Of a DNA stretch of 64,000 bases, positions 46,534-59,850 are shown piece after piece; the stretch's first letter is position 1, and each line of letters begins with the position of its first letter. Below the pieces are notes generated by a model. That model did not search any database. It was not told the DNA's origin and was given only the letters and a program-made list of their open reading frames with translations. Where the stretch lies: assembly GCF_004010195.1 (NCBI RefSeq), contig NC_057719.1, forward strand, positions 80,453,868 through 80,517,867, in the 5' to 3' direction. Origin of the DNA: Chiloscyllium plagiosum (taxonomy: Eukaryota). Made by a program: the position numbers and the translations under genes.

Positions 46534-47584
46534 CCCTGCAAGATGACACTTGACCTTAATTTTAGCATTATTCTTTACCAGTCTGGATGGAATTAGGAAT
46601 TTACCCTACACTGAATAGTAAATACAAATTGTCTGATATAGTTCATCATTTTAGTGCAGTGGCCTTTTCCAATTTGTCACCAGTCTTTGGAAATTCCTTT
46701 CTGAGTGGCCCAGGCTCTTACTATGCAAAATCAGACCGTTATAGTTGGGAGGAATTCTAAAAGATGAAAAATTCCTGCAATATTAGTTTGTGAATTATTT
46801 TAAAAGAATTGCTGTCCAAGGACATCAATTACCTATGCTCTGATATAAATGTCTATTTGGGGTTGCCATGGTGATGTGCATATACCAAGGGACATCTGAA
46901 CAAAAAGACTGCTGGGTTGCCAATCCCAGTTCTCTTCCCTCATTGGAGAATTCAAAAACTGACTTAATCAAAGCAGATGAATCATCCTCCCCAGAGACAG
47001 TCATTTAAATACTTTCTCTCTTTGCAAGTTCTCTACCACTTCTATTTAAAGGTCAGACGGAGGCATATTTTGGTCAATTTGCAGTCCATCACAACCATTA
47101 AAAGCAGAATTGTTTTCTTCATTTACTCTGGATATTTTTGGCAATTCAATACTTTGGATCACTTCCACAAAATGTAATTTCCTCTGTAGAATTACAGAAC
47201 AAACATAGGCCATTTGGCCCAATCAATCTGGGCCAGTGTTAAAGCACCTCATGGGTCTCCTCCTAGCTCTCTCTCCTAGCCCAGATATATTTTCTCTGAG
47301 GGATGAATGTGTGTTATTAACGCATGATTCAACTTTCCTTCTTTCAGATTTTTGTTCCATTCCGGGTTAATTTTTGATGGACACCCTTTCCCGCTCCGTC
47401 TCCTGGAAAAACTGAAACGCAACACACAAGGTGCACCCAGGCCATAATATTTGTCCACCCCAGACCCAGTCTAGTAGATTCTGCTGATGTGGATAGGCTG
47501 GAAAATATTAGCCCAAATTTGTGCTTTGAGAGGCTCAATTTAATACCTTAGGTGGGGGTTTGTGAATCCAGGATTTCATAAAAA

Positions 47585-48200
47585 ATCATAGAGTCATAGA
47601 GATGTACAGTACGGAAACAGACCCTTCGGTCCAACCCGTCCATGCCGACCAGATATCCCAACCCAATCTCGTCCCCCCTGCCAGAACCCAGCCCATATCC
47701 CTCCAAACCCTTTCTATTCATACCCATCCAGATGCCTTTTAAATGTTGTAATTATACCAGCCTCCACCACTTCCTCTGGCAGCTCATTCCATACACGTAC
47801 CACCCTCTGCGTGAAAAAGTTGCCCTTCAGGTCTCTTTTATATCTTTCCCCTCTTAGCCTAAACCTATGTTCTTTAGTTCTGGACTCCCCGACCACAGGG
47901 AAAAGACTTTGTCTATTTATCCTATCCATGTCCCTCATGATTTTATAAACCTCTATAAGGTTACCTCTCAGCCTCGGACGCTCCAGGGAAAACAGCCCGA
48001 GCTATTCAACCTCACCCTATAGCTCAAAACCTCCAATCCTGGCAACATCCTTGTAAATCGTTTCTGAACCCTTTCACAAGATCCTTTCGATAGGAATGAG
48101 ACCAGAATTGCACACAATATTCCAACAGTGGCCTAACTAATGTCTTGTACAGCCGCAACATAACCTCCCAACTCCTGTACTCAATACTCTGACCAATAAA
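47585..48200 (-). mobile_element. CR1/HER1-type LINE 3' end (young)
   Basis: MDRINRQSLFP..GESRT...FFTQRVVRVWNELPEEVVEAG. Confidence 0.95.
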
Positions 48201-49217
48201 CGTCAGCTTCTTTGTTTTATTAAATACTCTAATGCAATCATTCTAATTACAGATTATGCCAACACAGCGTTATGCTATAAGCCTTGCCTTGCAAGCAAAT
48301 ATATTAAATAACAGAGTATGTTAAGATTGGCCATGAAACAATGCTTATTCTACTTCTGTTTTAATTACCGTAAGTAACACATTCCAGCCCATGTTAAACT
48401 ATAATGCACATTACAGTGGTTCTTTTAGATTTAAAACAGTCTGAGGAAGCTTTGTGGTCTAATTGTCACTCTCCATCTTGGAAACCATCTTTCGGATGAG
48501 ATGTTAAGCAAATGTCCCATCCATCTGCCTGTCCGAAAGCCTTCTCATCACTGAGGGCAATACATTTTTAGGTTGCAATTCTCCATTTCTTTGGCACTGC
48601 ATCTGTATCTGACGATGCTTGAAAGATTATGAACTGTGCCTCCATCAACACTATTATTATTTCCTCATTAGCTGTGGATGTATGCCACTCTACGCTGACG
48701 ACATAGAGTCATAGGGATGTACAGCGCGGAAACAGACCCTTCAGTCTAACTCATCCGTGCCGACCAGATATCCCAATCCAATCTAGTCCCACCTGCCAGC
48801 ACCCGGCCCATATCCCTCCAAACCCTTCCTATTCATATACCCATCCAGATGCCTTTTAAATGTTGCAATTGTACCAGCCTCCACAACTTCCTCTGGCAGC
48901 TCATTCCATACACGTACCACCCTCTGCGTGAAAATGTTGTCCCTCAGATCTCTTTTATATTTTTTCCCTCTCACCCTAAACCTTGGCCCTCTAGTTCTGG
49001 ACTCCCCCATCCCAGAGAAAAGATTTTGTCTATTTACTCTATCCATGCCCCTCATGATTTTATAAACCTCTATAATGTCACCTCTCAGCCTCCGACGCTC
49101 CAGGGAAAACAGCCCCAGCCTGTTCAGCCTCTCCCTATAGCTCAAATCCTCCAACCCTGGCAACATCCTTGTAAATCTTTTCTGAACCCTTTCAGGTTTC
49201 ACAACATCTTTCTGATA

Positions 49218-49631
49218 NNNNNNNNNNNNNNNNNNNNNNNNNNNNNNNNNNNNNNNNNNNNNNNNNNNNNNNNNNNNNNNNNNNNNNNNNNNNNNNNNNN
49301 NNNNNNNNNNNNNNNNNNNNNNNNNNNNNNNNNNNNNNNNNNNNNNNNNNNNNNNNNNNNNNNNNNNNNNNNNNNNNNNNNNNNNNNNNNNNNNNNNNNN
49401 NNNNNNNNNNNNNNNNNNNNNNNNNNNNNNNNNNNNNNNNNNNNNNNNNNNNNNNNNNNNNNNNNNNNNNNNNNNNNNNNNNNNNNNNNNNNNNNNNNNN
49501 NNNNNNNNNNNNNNNNNNNNNNNNNNNNNNNNNNNNNNNNNNNNNNNNNNNNNNNNNNNNNNNNNNNNNNNNNNNNNNNNNNNNNNNNNNNNNNNNNNNN
49601 NNNNNNNNNNNNNNNNNNNNNNNNNNNNNNN
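49218..49631. other. Assembly gap
   Basis: Run of N. Confidence 1.
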
Positions 49632-50692
49632 CTGTACCCAAATGGCTAGTTCTCCCTGTATTCCATAAGTTCTAACCTTGCTAACCAGTCTCCCATGGGG
49701 AACCTTGTCGAACGCCTTACTGAAGTCCATATAGATCACATCTACTGCTCTGCCCTCATCAATCCTCTTTGTTATGTCTTCAAAAAACTCAATCAAGTTT
49801 GTGACACGTGATTTCCCACGCACAAAGCCATGTTGACTATCCCTAATCAGTCCTTGCCTTTCCAAATACATGTACATCCTGTCCCTCAGGATTCCCTCCA
49901 ACAACTTGCCCATCACGGACATCAGGCTTACTCGTCTATAGTTCCCTGGCTTGTCTTTACCGCCCTTCTTTAACAGCGGCACCACGTTAGCCAACCTCCA
50001 GTCTTCTGACACCTCACCTGTGACTATCGATGATACAAATATCTCAGCAAGGGGCCCAGCAATCACTTCCCTACCTTCCCACAGAGTTCTTGGGTACACC
50101 TGACCAGGTCCTGGGGATTTAGCCACTTTTATTTGTTTCAAGACATCCAGAACCTCCTCCACTGTAAAATGGAAATTTTTCAAGGTGTCACCATCTATTT
50201 GCCTATATTCTATATCTTCCATGTCCTTTCTCACAGTAAATACTGATGCAAAATACTCGTTTAGTAATTCCCTCATCTCCTGCAGCTCCACACAAAGGCC
50301 CCCTTGCTGATCTTTGAGGGGCCCTATTCTCTCCCTAGTTACCTTTTGTCCTTAATGTATTTGTAAAAACCTTTTGTATTCTCCTTAACTCTATTTGCCA
50401 AAGTTATCTCATGTCCCCTTTTTGCCCTCCTGATTTCCCTCTTAAGTATACTCCTACTGCCTTTATACTCTTCTAAGGATTCACTCGATCTATCCTGTCT
50501 ATACCTGACATATTCTTCCTCCATTTTGTTAACCAAACTCTCAATTTCTTTAGTCATCCAGCATTCCCTATACTTACCAGACTTCCCTTTCATTCTGGAG
50601 GAGAAAGTGAGGTCTGCAGATGCTGGAGATCAGAGCTGAAAATGTGTTGCTGGAACAGCGCAGCAGGTCAGGCAGCATCTAGGGAACAGGAG

Positions 50693-50728
50693 AATCGACG
50701 TTTCGGGCATAAGCCCTTCTTCAGGAAT
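50693..50728 (-). ncRNA. Minimal hammerhead ribozyme motif in the PLE 3' repeat
   Basis: Minus strand attcCTGAAGAagggcttatgcccGAAAcgTCgatt. Confidence 0.72.
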
Positions 50729-50984
50729 GAGGAAAGTGTGTCCAGCAGGCTAAGATAAAAGGTAGGGAGGAGGGACTTGGGGGAGGGGCGTCGGAAATGT
50801 GATAGGTGGAAAGAGGTCAAGGTGAGGGTGATAGGTCAGACTGGGGTGGGGGCGGAGAGGTCGGGAAGAAGATTGCAGGTTAGGAAGGCGGTGCTGAATT
50901 CGATGGATTTGACTGAGACAAGGTGGGGGGAGGGGAAATGAGGAAACTGGTGAAACCCGAGTTCATCCCTTGTGGTTGGAGGAT

Positions 50985-51282
50985 NNNNNNNNNNNNNNNN
51001 NNNNNNNNNNNNNNNNNNNNNNNNNNNNNNNNNNNNNNNNNNNNNNNNNNNNNNNNNNNNNNNNNNNNNNNNNNNNNNNNNNNNNNNNNNNNNNNNNNNN
51101 NNNNNNNNNNNNNNNNNNNNNNNNNNNNNNNNNNNNNNNNNNNNNNNNNNNNNNNNNNNNNNNNNNNNNNNNNNNNNNNNNNNNNNNNNNNNNNNNNNNN
51201 NNNNNNNNNNNNNNNNNNNNNNNNNNNNNNNNNNNNNNNNNNNNNNNNNNNNNNNNNNNNNNNNNNNNNNNNNNNNNNNNNN
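50985..51282. other. Assembly gap (covers most of the predicted GIY-YIG domain)
   Basis: Run of N. Confidence 1.
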
Positions 51283-53469
51283 TCTGACGGGGGAGTCACG
51301 GAGGGAGTGGTCTTTACGGAATGCTGGTAGGGGAGGGGAGGGAAATATATCCTTGGTGGTGGGGTCCGTTTGGAGGTGGCGGAAATGACGGCGGATGTTG
51401 CGCTGTCCATGGAGATTGGTGGGGTGGTAGGTGGGGACCAGTGGGGTTCTGTCCTGGTGGCGGTTGGAGGGGCGGGGTTCAAGGGCGGAGGAGCGGGAAG
51501 TGGAAGAGATGCGGTGGAGAGCATCGTCGACCACGTCGGGGGGGAAATTGCGGTCCTTGAAGAAGGAGGCCATCTGGGTTGTACATTTTTGGAACTGGTC
51601 CTCCTGGGAGCAGATACGGCGGAGACGAAGGAATTGGGAGAATGCTTTCATTCTTTCATTCTAACAGGAATATACTTTCTCTGGATTCTCGTTATCTCAT
51701 TTCTGAAAGCTTCCCTTTTTCCAGCCGTCCCTTTACCTGCGAACATCTGCCCCCAATCAGCTTTTGAAACTTCTTGCCTAATACCGTCAAAATTGGCCTT
51801 TCTCCAATTTAGAACTTCAACTTTTCAATCTGGTCTATCCTTTTCCATCACTATTTTAAATCTAATAGAATTATAGTCGCTGGCCTCAAGGTGCTCCCCT
51901 ACTGACACCTCAGTCATGTGTCCTGCCTTATTTCCCAAGAGTAGGTCATGTTTTGCATCTTCTATGGTAAGTACATTCACATATTGAATCAGAAAATTTT
52001 CTTGTACACACTTAGCAAATTCCTCTCCATCTAAACCCTTAATAGTATGGCAGTCCCAGTCTATGTTTGGAAAGTTAAAATTCCTGACCTTAACCACCCC
52101 GCTATTCTTACAGATAACTGAGATCTCCTTACAAATTTGTTTCCCAGTTTCCCTCTGACTATTAGGGGGTCTATAATACAATCCCAATAAGGTGATCATC
52201 TTATTTCTCAGTTCTACCCAAATAAGTTCCCTGGAAGTATTTCCGGGAATATCTTCCCTCAGTACAGCTGTAATGCTATTCCTTATCAAAAATGCCACTC
52301 CCCCTCCTCTCTTGCCTCCCTCTCTATCCTCCTTGTAGCATTTGTGTCCTGGACCATTAAGCTGCCAGTCCTGTCCATCCCTGAGCCATGTTTCTATAAT
52401 TGCTATGATATCCCAGTCCCATGTTCCTAACCATGCCCTGAGTTCATCTGCCTTCCCTGTTAGACCTCTTGCATTGAAATAAATGCAGTTTAATTTATCA
52501 GTCTTACCTTGTTCTCTGCTTTGTTCCTGCCTGCCCTGACTGTTTGACTCGCCTTTGTTCTCAGCCTTCCTCAATATCTCCCTAGGTCCCAACACTAACA
52601 CCAACCCCCCACCCTCAACCTTACTAGTTTAAATCCTCCTGAGCAGCTCTCGTAAATCCCCTGCCAATATATTAGTCCCCTTCCAATTTAGGTGCAATCT
52701 GTCCTTTTTGTACAGAGCTTCCAATGATCCAAAAGTGTGAATCTTTCCCCCATACCCCAGCCCCTCAGCCATGCATTCATCTGCTCTATTCTCCTATTCC
52801 TCCCCTCACTAGCTTGTAGCACCAGGAATAATCCAGATATTACTACTGTCAAGGACCTCCTTTTTAAATTCCTGCCTAACTAATGTCCCTTCAGAATCTC
52901 AACTTTTCCCTTAGCACCACTTGCCTGTCTAATACAACCTCTTTAGCAATGTTTAGCCCATTAAGTGTCTCAAATAATCACTCTGGCTTGATTAGCATTT
53001 TATTCCTTTTCATTTCTTTCCTGAAAGAAAGCAATTTAAAAGGGAGTATTGTTAACAAAGGACACTCGAATTTCAGCAGATATTCTTGTATCTGTCAAAC
53101 AAAACCAGACTGCACAGAACACTACCATCAAACTATAATTGTAATAACTCTAGCAATTCTGAGTAAACTCCACTGCACACTTAACTAGTGTAAATACATT
53201 TATATTTACTACAATGTCCATATACAATAACCTTAGCAAGTCTTTGCATCCTTGCTTTGTGTTTGATAATATTCATTGTTTGGAATATGTTATTGACAAT
53301 ATTTCAAGTCTTGCCTCCATATTGTTGCTAAGTTAGTCTGTATGTCTCTCTTTCTCCCTCTTTCTCAAGCTGTCTGTTGCTTGGCTAGGGTAACTCTAAT
53401 GACCCAGCAACTGAGAAGCCATGCAGCCCATCATATCTATTCTTTCTTCCTGCATTTCTTTCCCTCTCA

Positions 53470-54555
53470 AGTATTATTTTTTACTAGTTCGTGGGATTTG
53501 GGCATCACTGGCTGGCCAGCAATTATTGCCTGTTCCTCGTTGCCCTTGAGAAGATGGTGGTGAGCTGCCTTCTTGAACCACCGCAGCCCACAGTGAGGAA
53601 ATTCCAGGATTTTGATCCAGCAACATTGAAGGAATGGTGGTATGCTTCCAAGTCTGAATGGTGAGTGGCTTGGAGGGGAACTTGAAGCTGGTGGTGCTCC
53701 CATGTGTCTACTGTCCTTGTCCTTCTAGATGGAAGTGGTCGTGGCTTTGGAAGGTGCTGCCTGAGGATCTTTGGTGAATTTTGGCAGTGCATCCTGTAGA
53801 TGGTACACACTGCTGCTACTGAGCAGTTGTTGGTAGAGAAGGGAGTGGATGCTTGTGGATGTGGTGCCAATCAAGCAGGCTGCTTTGTCCTGGATGGTGT
53901 CAAGCTTCTTGAGTGTTGTTGCAGCTGCACCTATTCAGGTAAATGGGAAGTATTCCATCACACTCCTGACTTGTGTCTTGTAGGTTGTGGAACAGGCTTT
54001 GGGGAGCCGTGAGCTGAATAACTTGCCGCAATATTCCTAGCCTCTGATCTGCTCTTATAGCCACCGTGTTTATATGGTGAGTCCAATTGAGTTTCTGGTC
54101 AATGGTAACCCTCGGGATGTTGATAGTGGGGGAAATCAGTGATGGTAACACCGTTGTATGTCAAGGGGTAGTGGTTAGATTGTTTCTTATTGGTGATGAT
54201 CATAGCCTGGCATTCGTGTGGCATGAATGATAATTGCCACTTGTTAACCCAAGCCTAGATATTGTCCAGATCTTGTTGCATTTGAACATGGACTGATTCA
54301 GAATTTGAGGAGTCATGGATAGTGCTAAACATTGTGCAATCACCGGTGAACATTCCCACTTCTGACCTTATGACGAGGGGAAGGTCACAGATGAAATAGC
54401 TGCAGATGGTTGGGCCTAGGACACTACCCTGAGGAACTCCTGCAGAGATATCCTGGAGCTGAGATGATTGACCTCCAACAACCATGACCATCTTTCTATG
54501 TGCCAGGTATGAGTCCAACCAGCAGAGAGTTTATCCCCAATACCCATTTATTCTA
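53470..54555 (-). mobile_element. CR1-group LINE (second family), RT to 3' end
   Basis: SYLAHRKMVMVVGGQSSQLQDISAGVPQGSVLGPT..DLP..RSEVGMF; VTIDQKLNWTHHINTVAIRADQRLGILR. Confidence 0.92.
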
Positions 54556-55465
54556 GTTCAATTTCCTTTTGAGAGTTACTATCGAGTGTGTCTCCATCAC
54601 CCCTTCCAATGGTGCATTCTGGATCTGTAATTAATTAGTTAATGCTCCAGCAGTTAAAAAAAAATCCTTCTAACCGCCCCAGTGAATTATTTTCTCATCA
54701 ACTATCTTTGTCTGTGTCATTTGCTTACTGGCCCTTGCTTGTAGAAACAGTTCCTCTTTATTTAATGTACCAAAACGCTTCATAATTCCTGCTTTAAAGA
54801 AGAACCATGCCAGCTTTTCTCTTCACTCCATCTAACTGCAGTCTATTATTTCTGTTGGCCATACTTTCAATGACAAATTTCCTGTCCGATGCCATTTTCA
54901 CAGCTTCGTTTCCCATAAATAATGTGCAAATTTCCACCCCAGGCCATTATGTCTCCTGTCACTAAATAGCCCAGTGACATTTGCTGCTCAGGCCCGTATG
55001 TTAAGATTGATCATTATGGAAACCTTTCGCTATTAATTCCAAACAAACTGTTAGCCTCCTGTCTCCTTTGCAAACATCATGCTGGAAGTCACAACAAACT
55101 ACTCCATTTACGCTGAAGGTTAATTTTCAAGCTTTTGACCTCTCTCTCTGCAGTGTACCTTTCTCTATTAATAGGATAATTCAGGAGGCATGCTTTCTTG
55201 GGTTCAGGTTTCGTGAAATTTCAATAAACCATGTTTTACTGGACTCTGCACTTAGCAAGCAGGCTGCAAAATACAAAACGACAAAAATAAAGACAGCCAC
55301 TCAGACTAGTGAATGGTGGGAAAGCAGGGATCCATACTGAGATTATTGTTCACCATTCACATGAATAATTTGGATGTGGGGATAAAAATACGCTTTCTAA
55401 ATTTGTAGATAAAACCGAAGTAGGGGCGTGCAGTTAATGCATCGGAGGACTGTAACAAAATGCAT

Positions 55466-56595
55466 TCATAGAGTCATAGAGATGTACAGGACAGAAACAG
55501 ACCCTTTGACCCAACTTGTCCATGCCGACTAAATTAATCTAGTCCCATTTGTTAGTATTTGGCCCACATCCCTCTAAACCCTTCCTATTCGTGTATCCAT
55601 ACAATGTTATTTCAATGTTGTAATTGTACCAGCCTCCACCACTTCCTCTGGCAGCTCAATCCATACACACAACCCCCTCTGCATGAAAAGGTTGCCCCTC
55701 AGGTCCCTTTTAAATCTCTACCCTCTCACCACAAGTGGAACTATGAACCTGCACTCCGAGGTCACTTTGTTCAGCAACACTCCCTAGGACCTTACCATTA
55801 AGTGTATAAGTCCTGCCCTGATTTGCCTTTCCAAAATGCAGCACCTCACATTTATCTAAGTTAAACTCCAGCTGCTACTTTTCGGTCATTGGCCCATCTG
55901 ATCAAGGACTTGTGGTACTCTGTGAAAACAGAGTACCACAAGTCCCACCGCTGCCATTTCTTAGTGGGCGGCACGGTGGCCCAGTGGTTAGCACTGCTGC
56001 CTCACAGCGCCTGTGAACGTAGTATTCCAACATTGGCCTCACCAATGTACAGCCGCAGCATGACCTCCCAATTCCTATACTCAATGCACTGACCGATAAA
56101 GGCAAGTGTATCAAATGCCTTCTTCACTACCCTGTCTACCTGCGACTCCACTTTCAAGGAACTATGAACCTGCACTCCGAGGTCACTTTGTTCAGCAACA
56201 CTCCCTAGGACCTTACCATTAAGTGTATAAGTCCTGCCCTGATTTGCCTTTCCAAAATGCAGCACCTCACATTTATCTAAGTTAAACTCCAGCTGCTACT
56301 TTTCGGTCTTTGGCCCATCAGATCAAGGATTTGTGGTACTCTGTGAAAACCTTCTTCACTGTCCATCGCAGCATCAATTTTGCAAACTTACTAACCAGAC
56401 CTTCTATATTCACATCTAAATCATTTGTATAAATAACAAAAAGCAGTGGACCCAGCACTGATCCTTGCGACATACCACTGGTCACAGGCTTCCAATTCAA
56501 AAAACAACCCTCTATCACTACCCTCTATCTCCTACCTTCAAGCCAATTTTGTAACCAAATGGTTAGTTCCCACTGTATTCTGTGTGATCTAGCCT
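55466..56595 (-). mobile_element. Rearranged CR1/HER1 LINE 3' region
   Basis: VTSGMSQGSVLGPLLFVIY; LHFGKANQGRTYTLNGK; contains a 193-bp duplication and a SINE head. Confidence 0.92.
55966..56011 (+). mobile_element. HE1 SINE head only
   Basis: gggcggcacggtggcccagtggttagcactgctgcctcacagcgcc. Confidence 0.85.
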
Positions 56596-57527
56596 GTAAT
56601 GGAAAACACCAAAGACATGCACAATTGATATACTTCAATATGGTTTAGTGTAACATTGTGGTAAGAAAAGTGCAGAATTGACCAGCTCTTTGAAAAATAC
56701 TAATGTGAAAAAGGAGCAAGCAATTTTTGCTACCTATTCACAAGTCCCAAAAAAAGTATCATTGCAGGTTAATAGGACCAAAGGAAAGCAAACCGAGAAC
56801 TGGGCATCATTTATTGAGGGATAGAATTGAAAAAATACAGAGAGGTTACAATAAATCTGTATAGAAATTTAATCAGACTACCTTCGGAGTACTGTGCACA
56901 TTTCTGTTGGTATCTGTATTATAGAAAGGACATGGAACTGCAAGCACAAAAATGATTCAGAACTGAGAGAACACATTTACGGCTAAGGTTGAACAGAGCA
57001 GGGCTCTTTACTCTCGCACAGAGAAGGCAAGGTTGTGATGAACATAATTTGATGAAAAGATTTGATTGAGTAGACATAGAGAAGATGATCTCATTCGTTG
57101 TGTTATCTGAAGCTAAACACCTTCAATATAAGACACCTATTGATAGAATTCAATGAGGAATGCAGGAAAATCCTTTTTTGAATGATCAGAATTTTGTTGG
57201 TCAGTAGAGAGTCTCGAGGTGGGGACTGGAGAGCCAGGGGCAATGACATCTTTGCCTGTGGATGGTTCCTGTGATGATCTGTTGTTGGGCTGTGAAATCT
57301 TTTACAAAGAGATCTCCAAGCGTTGTTGGTCAATCAGAGGGCATCCTAGTATCACCAATGGGGATAGTGGTCACTGCCAGTCAGACAAACATTGAAATAG
57401 TGAGACCGTTGAAATGGTCATGAGGATTGAGAGCTGTTTGTATGCTGGCAAGGGGCCATTCTATGGGACCATAGTCTGGTTAGTAAGTTCACCATCTATT
57501 TCGGGGCCTGCTGCCAATGTCATGGTT

Positions 57528-57890
57528 AAGGCATTGGAGCAGAAGTAGGCCATTCAGCCCATCAAGTCTGCTCCACTATTCAACGAGATCATGGTTGTGA
57601 TCTGATCATTGTCAGCTCCAGTTTCCAGCCTCTTCCCCTGGCCTTTGATTCCCACACTGATTAAAAATCGGTCTATCTCAAGTTTTGAATACACATAATG
57701 GTCTATCCCTCACATTTACCTTCTGTGGTAAAGAATTCTACAGATTCACTACCCTCTAAGGGAAGAAATCCTTCTTCATCTCTGACCTAAATGTGTAAAT
57801 CCCCTATTCTGAGACTATGCCCTCTGGTCCTAGACTCTTTCACAAGGAGAAACAACCTCGCCACATCTACCCTGTCAAGTTCCCGGAGAG
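57528..57890 (-). mobile_element. CR1 LINE 3' end (older subfamily)
   Basis: ggagcagaagtaggccattcagccc...tgccctctggtcctagactc. Confidence 0.85.
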
Positions 57891-58192
57891 GTGCCACGTT
57901 CCAACAAAGTTGCCTGGTCAGTTGAGTCTCAGAGATCCTGGGGGAAGAAAGGTTATCTTTCATCCTCTAGACCACTATGAGAATTGTACAGTGTGGGATA
58001 AGTGGCAGGAATGTCATCTCTTGTCTCTTTTTCCAGTTCTCTGCACCACCCCTATGTTCCAACCCCCTCTCCAGCACCCCATTAAATTCCATTCAATCAG
58101 TGCAGAAAATATAGAACTTACAACAACGCAGAGGTGTTGACACAATTAACATAGTTGCATTAAGGAGATTTATAAGGTCATGAGGGAGAAAG

Positions 58193-58992
58193 TGGTATGA
58201 TCCCAGCTGATGGTACTACTGGACAAATCTGATTCCGGAATGAAACCTGGTAGATTTGTTTTAAAAATATGAGTTACTGATATTCATTCACTGAAACATA
58301 GTCACATGACATTTATTCAGCAATTGCACAGAAGTTCATTACACAAAAGGTGAAAACTAAAAACATACAACTATCTAGATAAGGTGTATAGTTAGAAACA
58401 TCTTAAAACATACAGCAAAGTTTCAATCTATTCTCCAACACCATCACTTTACAATGATTTAAATCCAGAGAAATTACATCTCCAAATCAAATCTTTTAGC
58501 TCAACTTAGCTGGTTTTCCTCAGTTATTTCCTGTGAACTGTGGTCTCTTCTTTCATGAATACTCACAAAACTAAGAGTTTAGACTTTCTTAGCTTCTAAT
58601 AATCTGAAGATTTCTGGAAGTTGCACAGAGTAAACTTTTCTACTTATTCCCTTAACTATACAGGAAACAGACTGCACATTCTTCCAACCTTAGTCAGGTC
58701 TCCTCCCAACTGCCCAAAAAACTGTTAATCTCTGAGTTTTCAGAAAGTTTTCAATCCTTGATTATCTTGAATGAAAAACAAGCTAATGACCTTTATAATC
58801 TATCAACTGGAAACCACCAGAGAGTAAACAATTTTCCATTTATACTCCAGAGAGTTCTCTGCTCTCTGACAAACACTGGATTTGGTCACTGTATTTATAT
58901 TAACTTCACAAAAGTAATTGACACCCATTTTCCAAAATCCAGACTATAAAAATTATATTAATATTTCAATAATTCGCAAATGTTTCATCACA
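58193..58992. mobile_element. Solo LTR (800 bp) with 4-bp TSD
   Basis: TG...CA termini; aaag at 58189-58192 and 58993-58996; removing it rejoins a CR1 tail (atgagggagaaag|gagtagaaaggtatgc). Confidence 0.82.
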
Positions 58993-59109
58993 AAAGGAGT
59001 AGAAAGGTATGCAGGCAGGTTATATAAAATAGAGTGAGTCGATGCTTGTATGCAGCAGAAACTCCATACATATGTTAGGCTGAATTCTCTATTTATCAAA
59101 ACATCACTT

Positions 59110-59850
59110 ATGGTTGGGATGTGGGTTTGTTAAGGCAAAGCTAATGTTCATTGCTCATCATTAACATTTCCCCCAAGAAAATGGTGGTGAGCTATGCTTG
59201 TGAACCTCTGCTATCTGTGGGGTATAGGGATATACACAGTACTTTGGGAAAGGGAGCTCCAAGATTTTGACTCAGTGATAATGAAAGAAAAGCAATATAG
59301 TTTCAAGTCAAGATGATTTGTGACTTGTAAGGGAAGTTGCATATGCTCCTGTCCCCATGTATTTGCAGCCCTTTCCCTTCTAGCTAGTACACAGCATGGG
59401 TTTGGAAAGTGCTATTGATGGAGCCTTGACAAATTGATGTAAGGCATCCTACAGACTGTCCACACACTGCAGCAATGGCATGTTATTGATGGGTGGAGTC
59501 AATATTTAAGGTGGTGGATGGAATATTGATGAAGTGGGCTGCTTTGACCTGGGTAGGAATGATGGAGTTGCACCCATCCAAATAAGCAGAGACTATTCCA
59601 TCACATTCCTGACTTATAGATGATGGACAGATTTGAGGAGGTGAGTTACTTATGGTGAAATTTCCAGATCCTCACTCACCTCAGGACCTGTGTGGCTAAT
59701 TCAGTTATGTTTCTGGATCAACAGCAAACCCCTGAGATGTTGATGGTGAGGAATTGGAAAGAGTGATGCTATTGAATGCCAAGTGGAGATGGGGTAGATT
59801 TTCCTGCTGGAGATGATCATTACCTGATAGATGTGTGGCATGAATGTATC
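59110..59850 (-). mobile_element. CR1-group LINE (second family), decayed
   Basis: Colinear with 53490-54230 (gggctgctttgacctgg, tattccatcacattcctgactt). Confidence 0.8.

Larger units (their letters stand above)
50597..51644 (-). mobile_element. 5'-truncated Penelope-like retroelement (RT C-terminus/linker, GIY-YIG end, 3' terminal repeat)
   Basis: FSQFLRLRRICS...FFKDRNFP...RTPLVPTYHP...LQTDPTTKDIFPSPPLPAFRKDHSLRD; ILQPQGMN after the gap; ends in the hammerhead-bearing repeat. Confidence 0.9.
48702..52905 (-). mobile_element. Nearly full-length young CR1/HER1 LINE interrupted by a PLE
   Basis: Endonuclease ORF 51825-52604 (CIYFNARGL..DIIAIIETWL..YYRPPN..FNFPNIDW); RT ORF 48783-50291 (QHGFVRG..LIEFF..YMDFSKAFDKVPH); ORF1 tail at 52620-52905. 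Confidence 0.95.
55300..57130 (+). mobile_element. Old CR1 RT fragment split by a younger antisense CR1
   Basis: ctaaatttgtagataaaaccgaagtagg at 55397-55425; resumes at about 56596 to ggagtactgtgcacatttctg. Confidence 0.65.

Noticed and set aside
48783..50291. 502-aa ORF as a host gene
   Set aside because: It is CR1 ORF2 reverse transcriptase, and its length is inflated by reading through an N gap.
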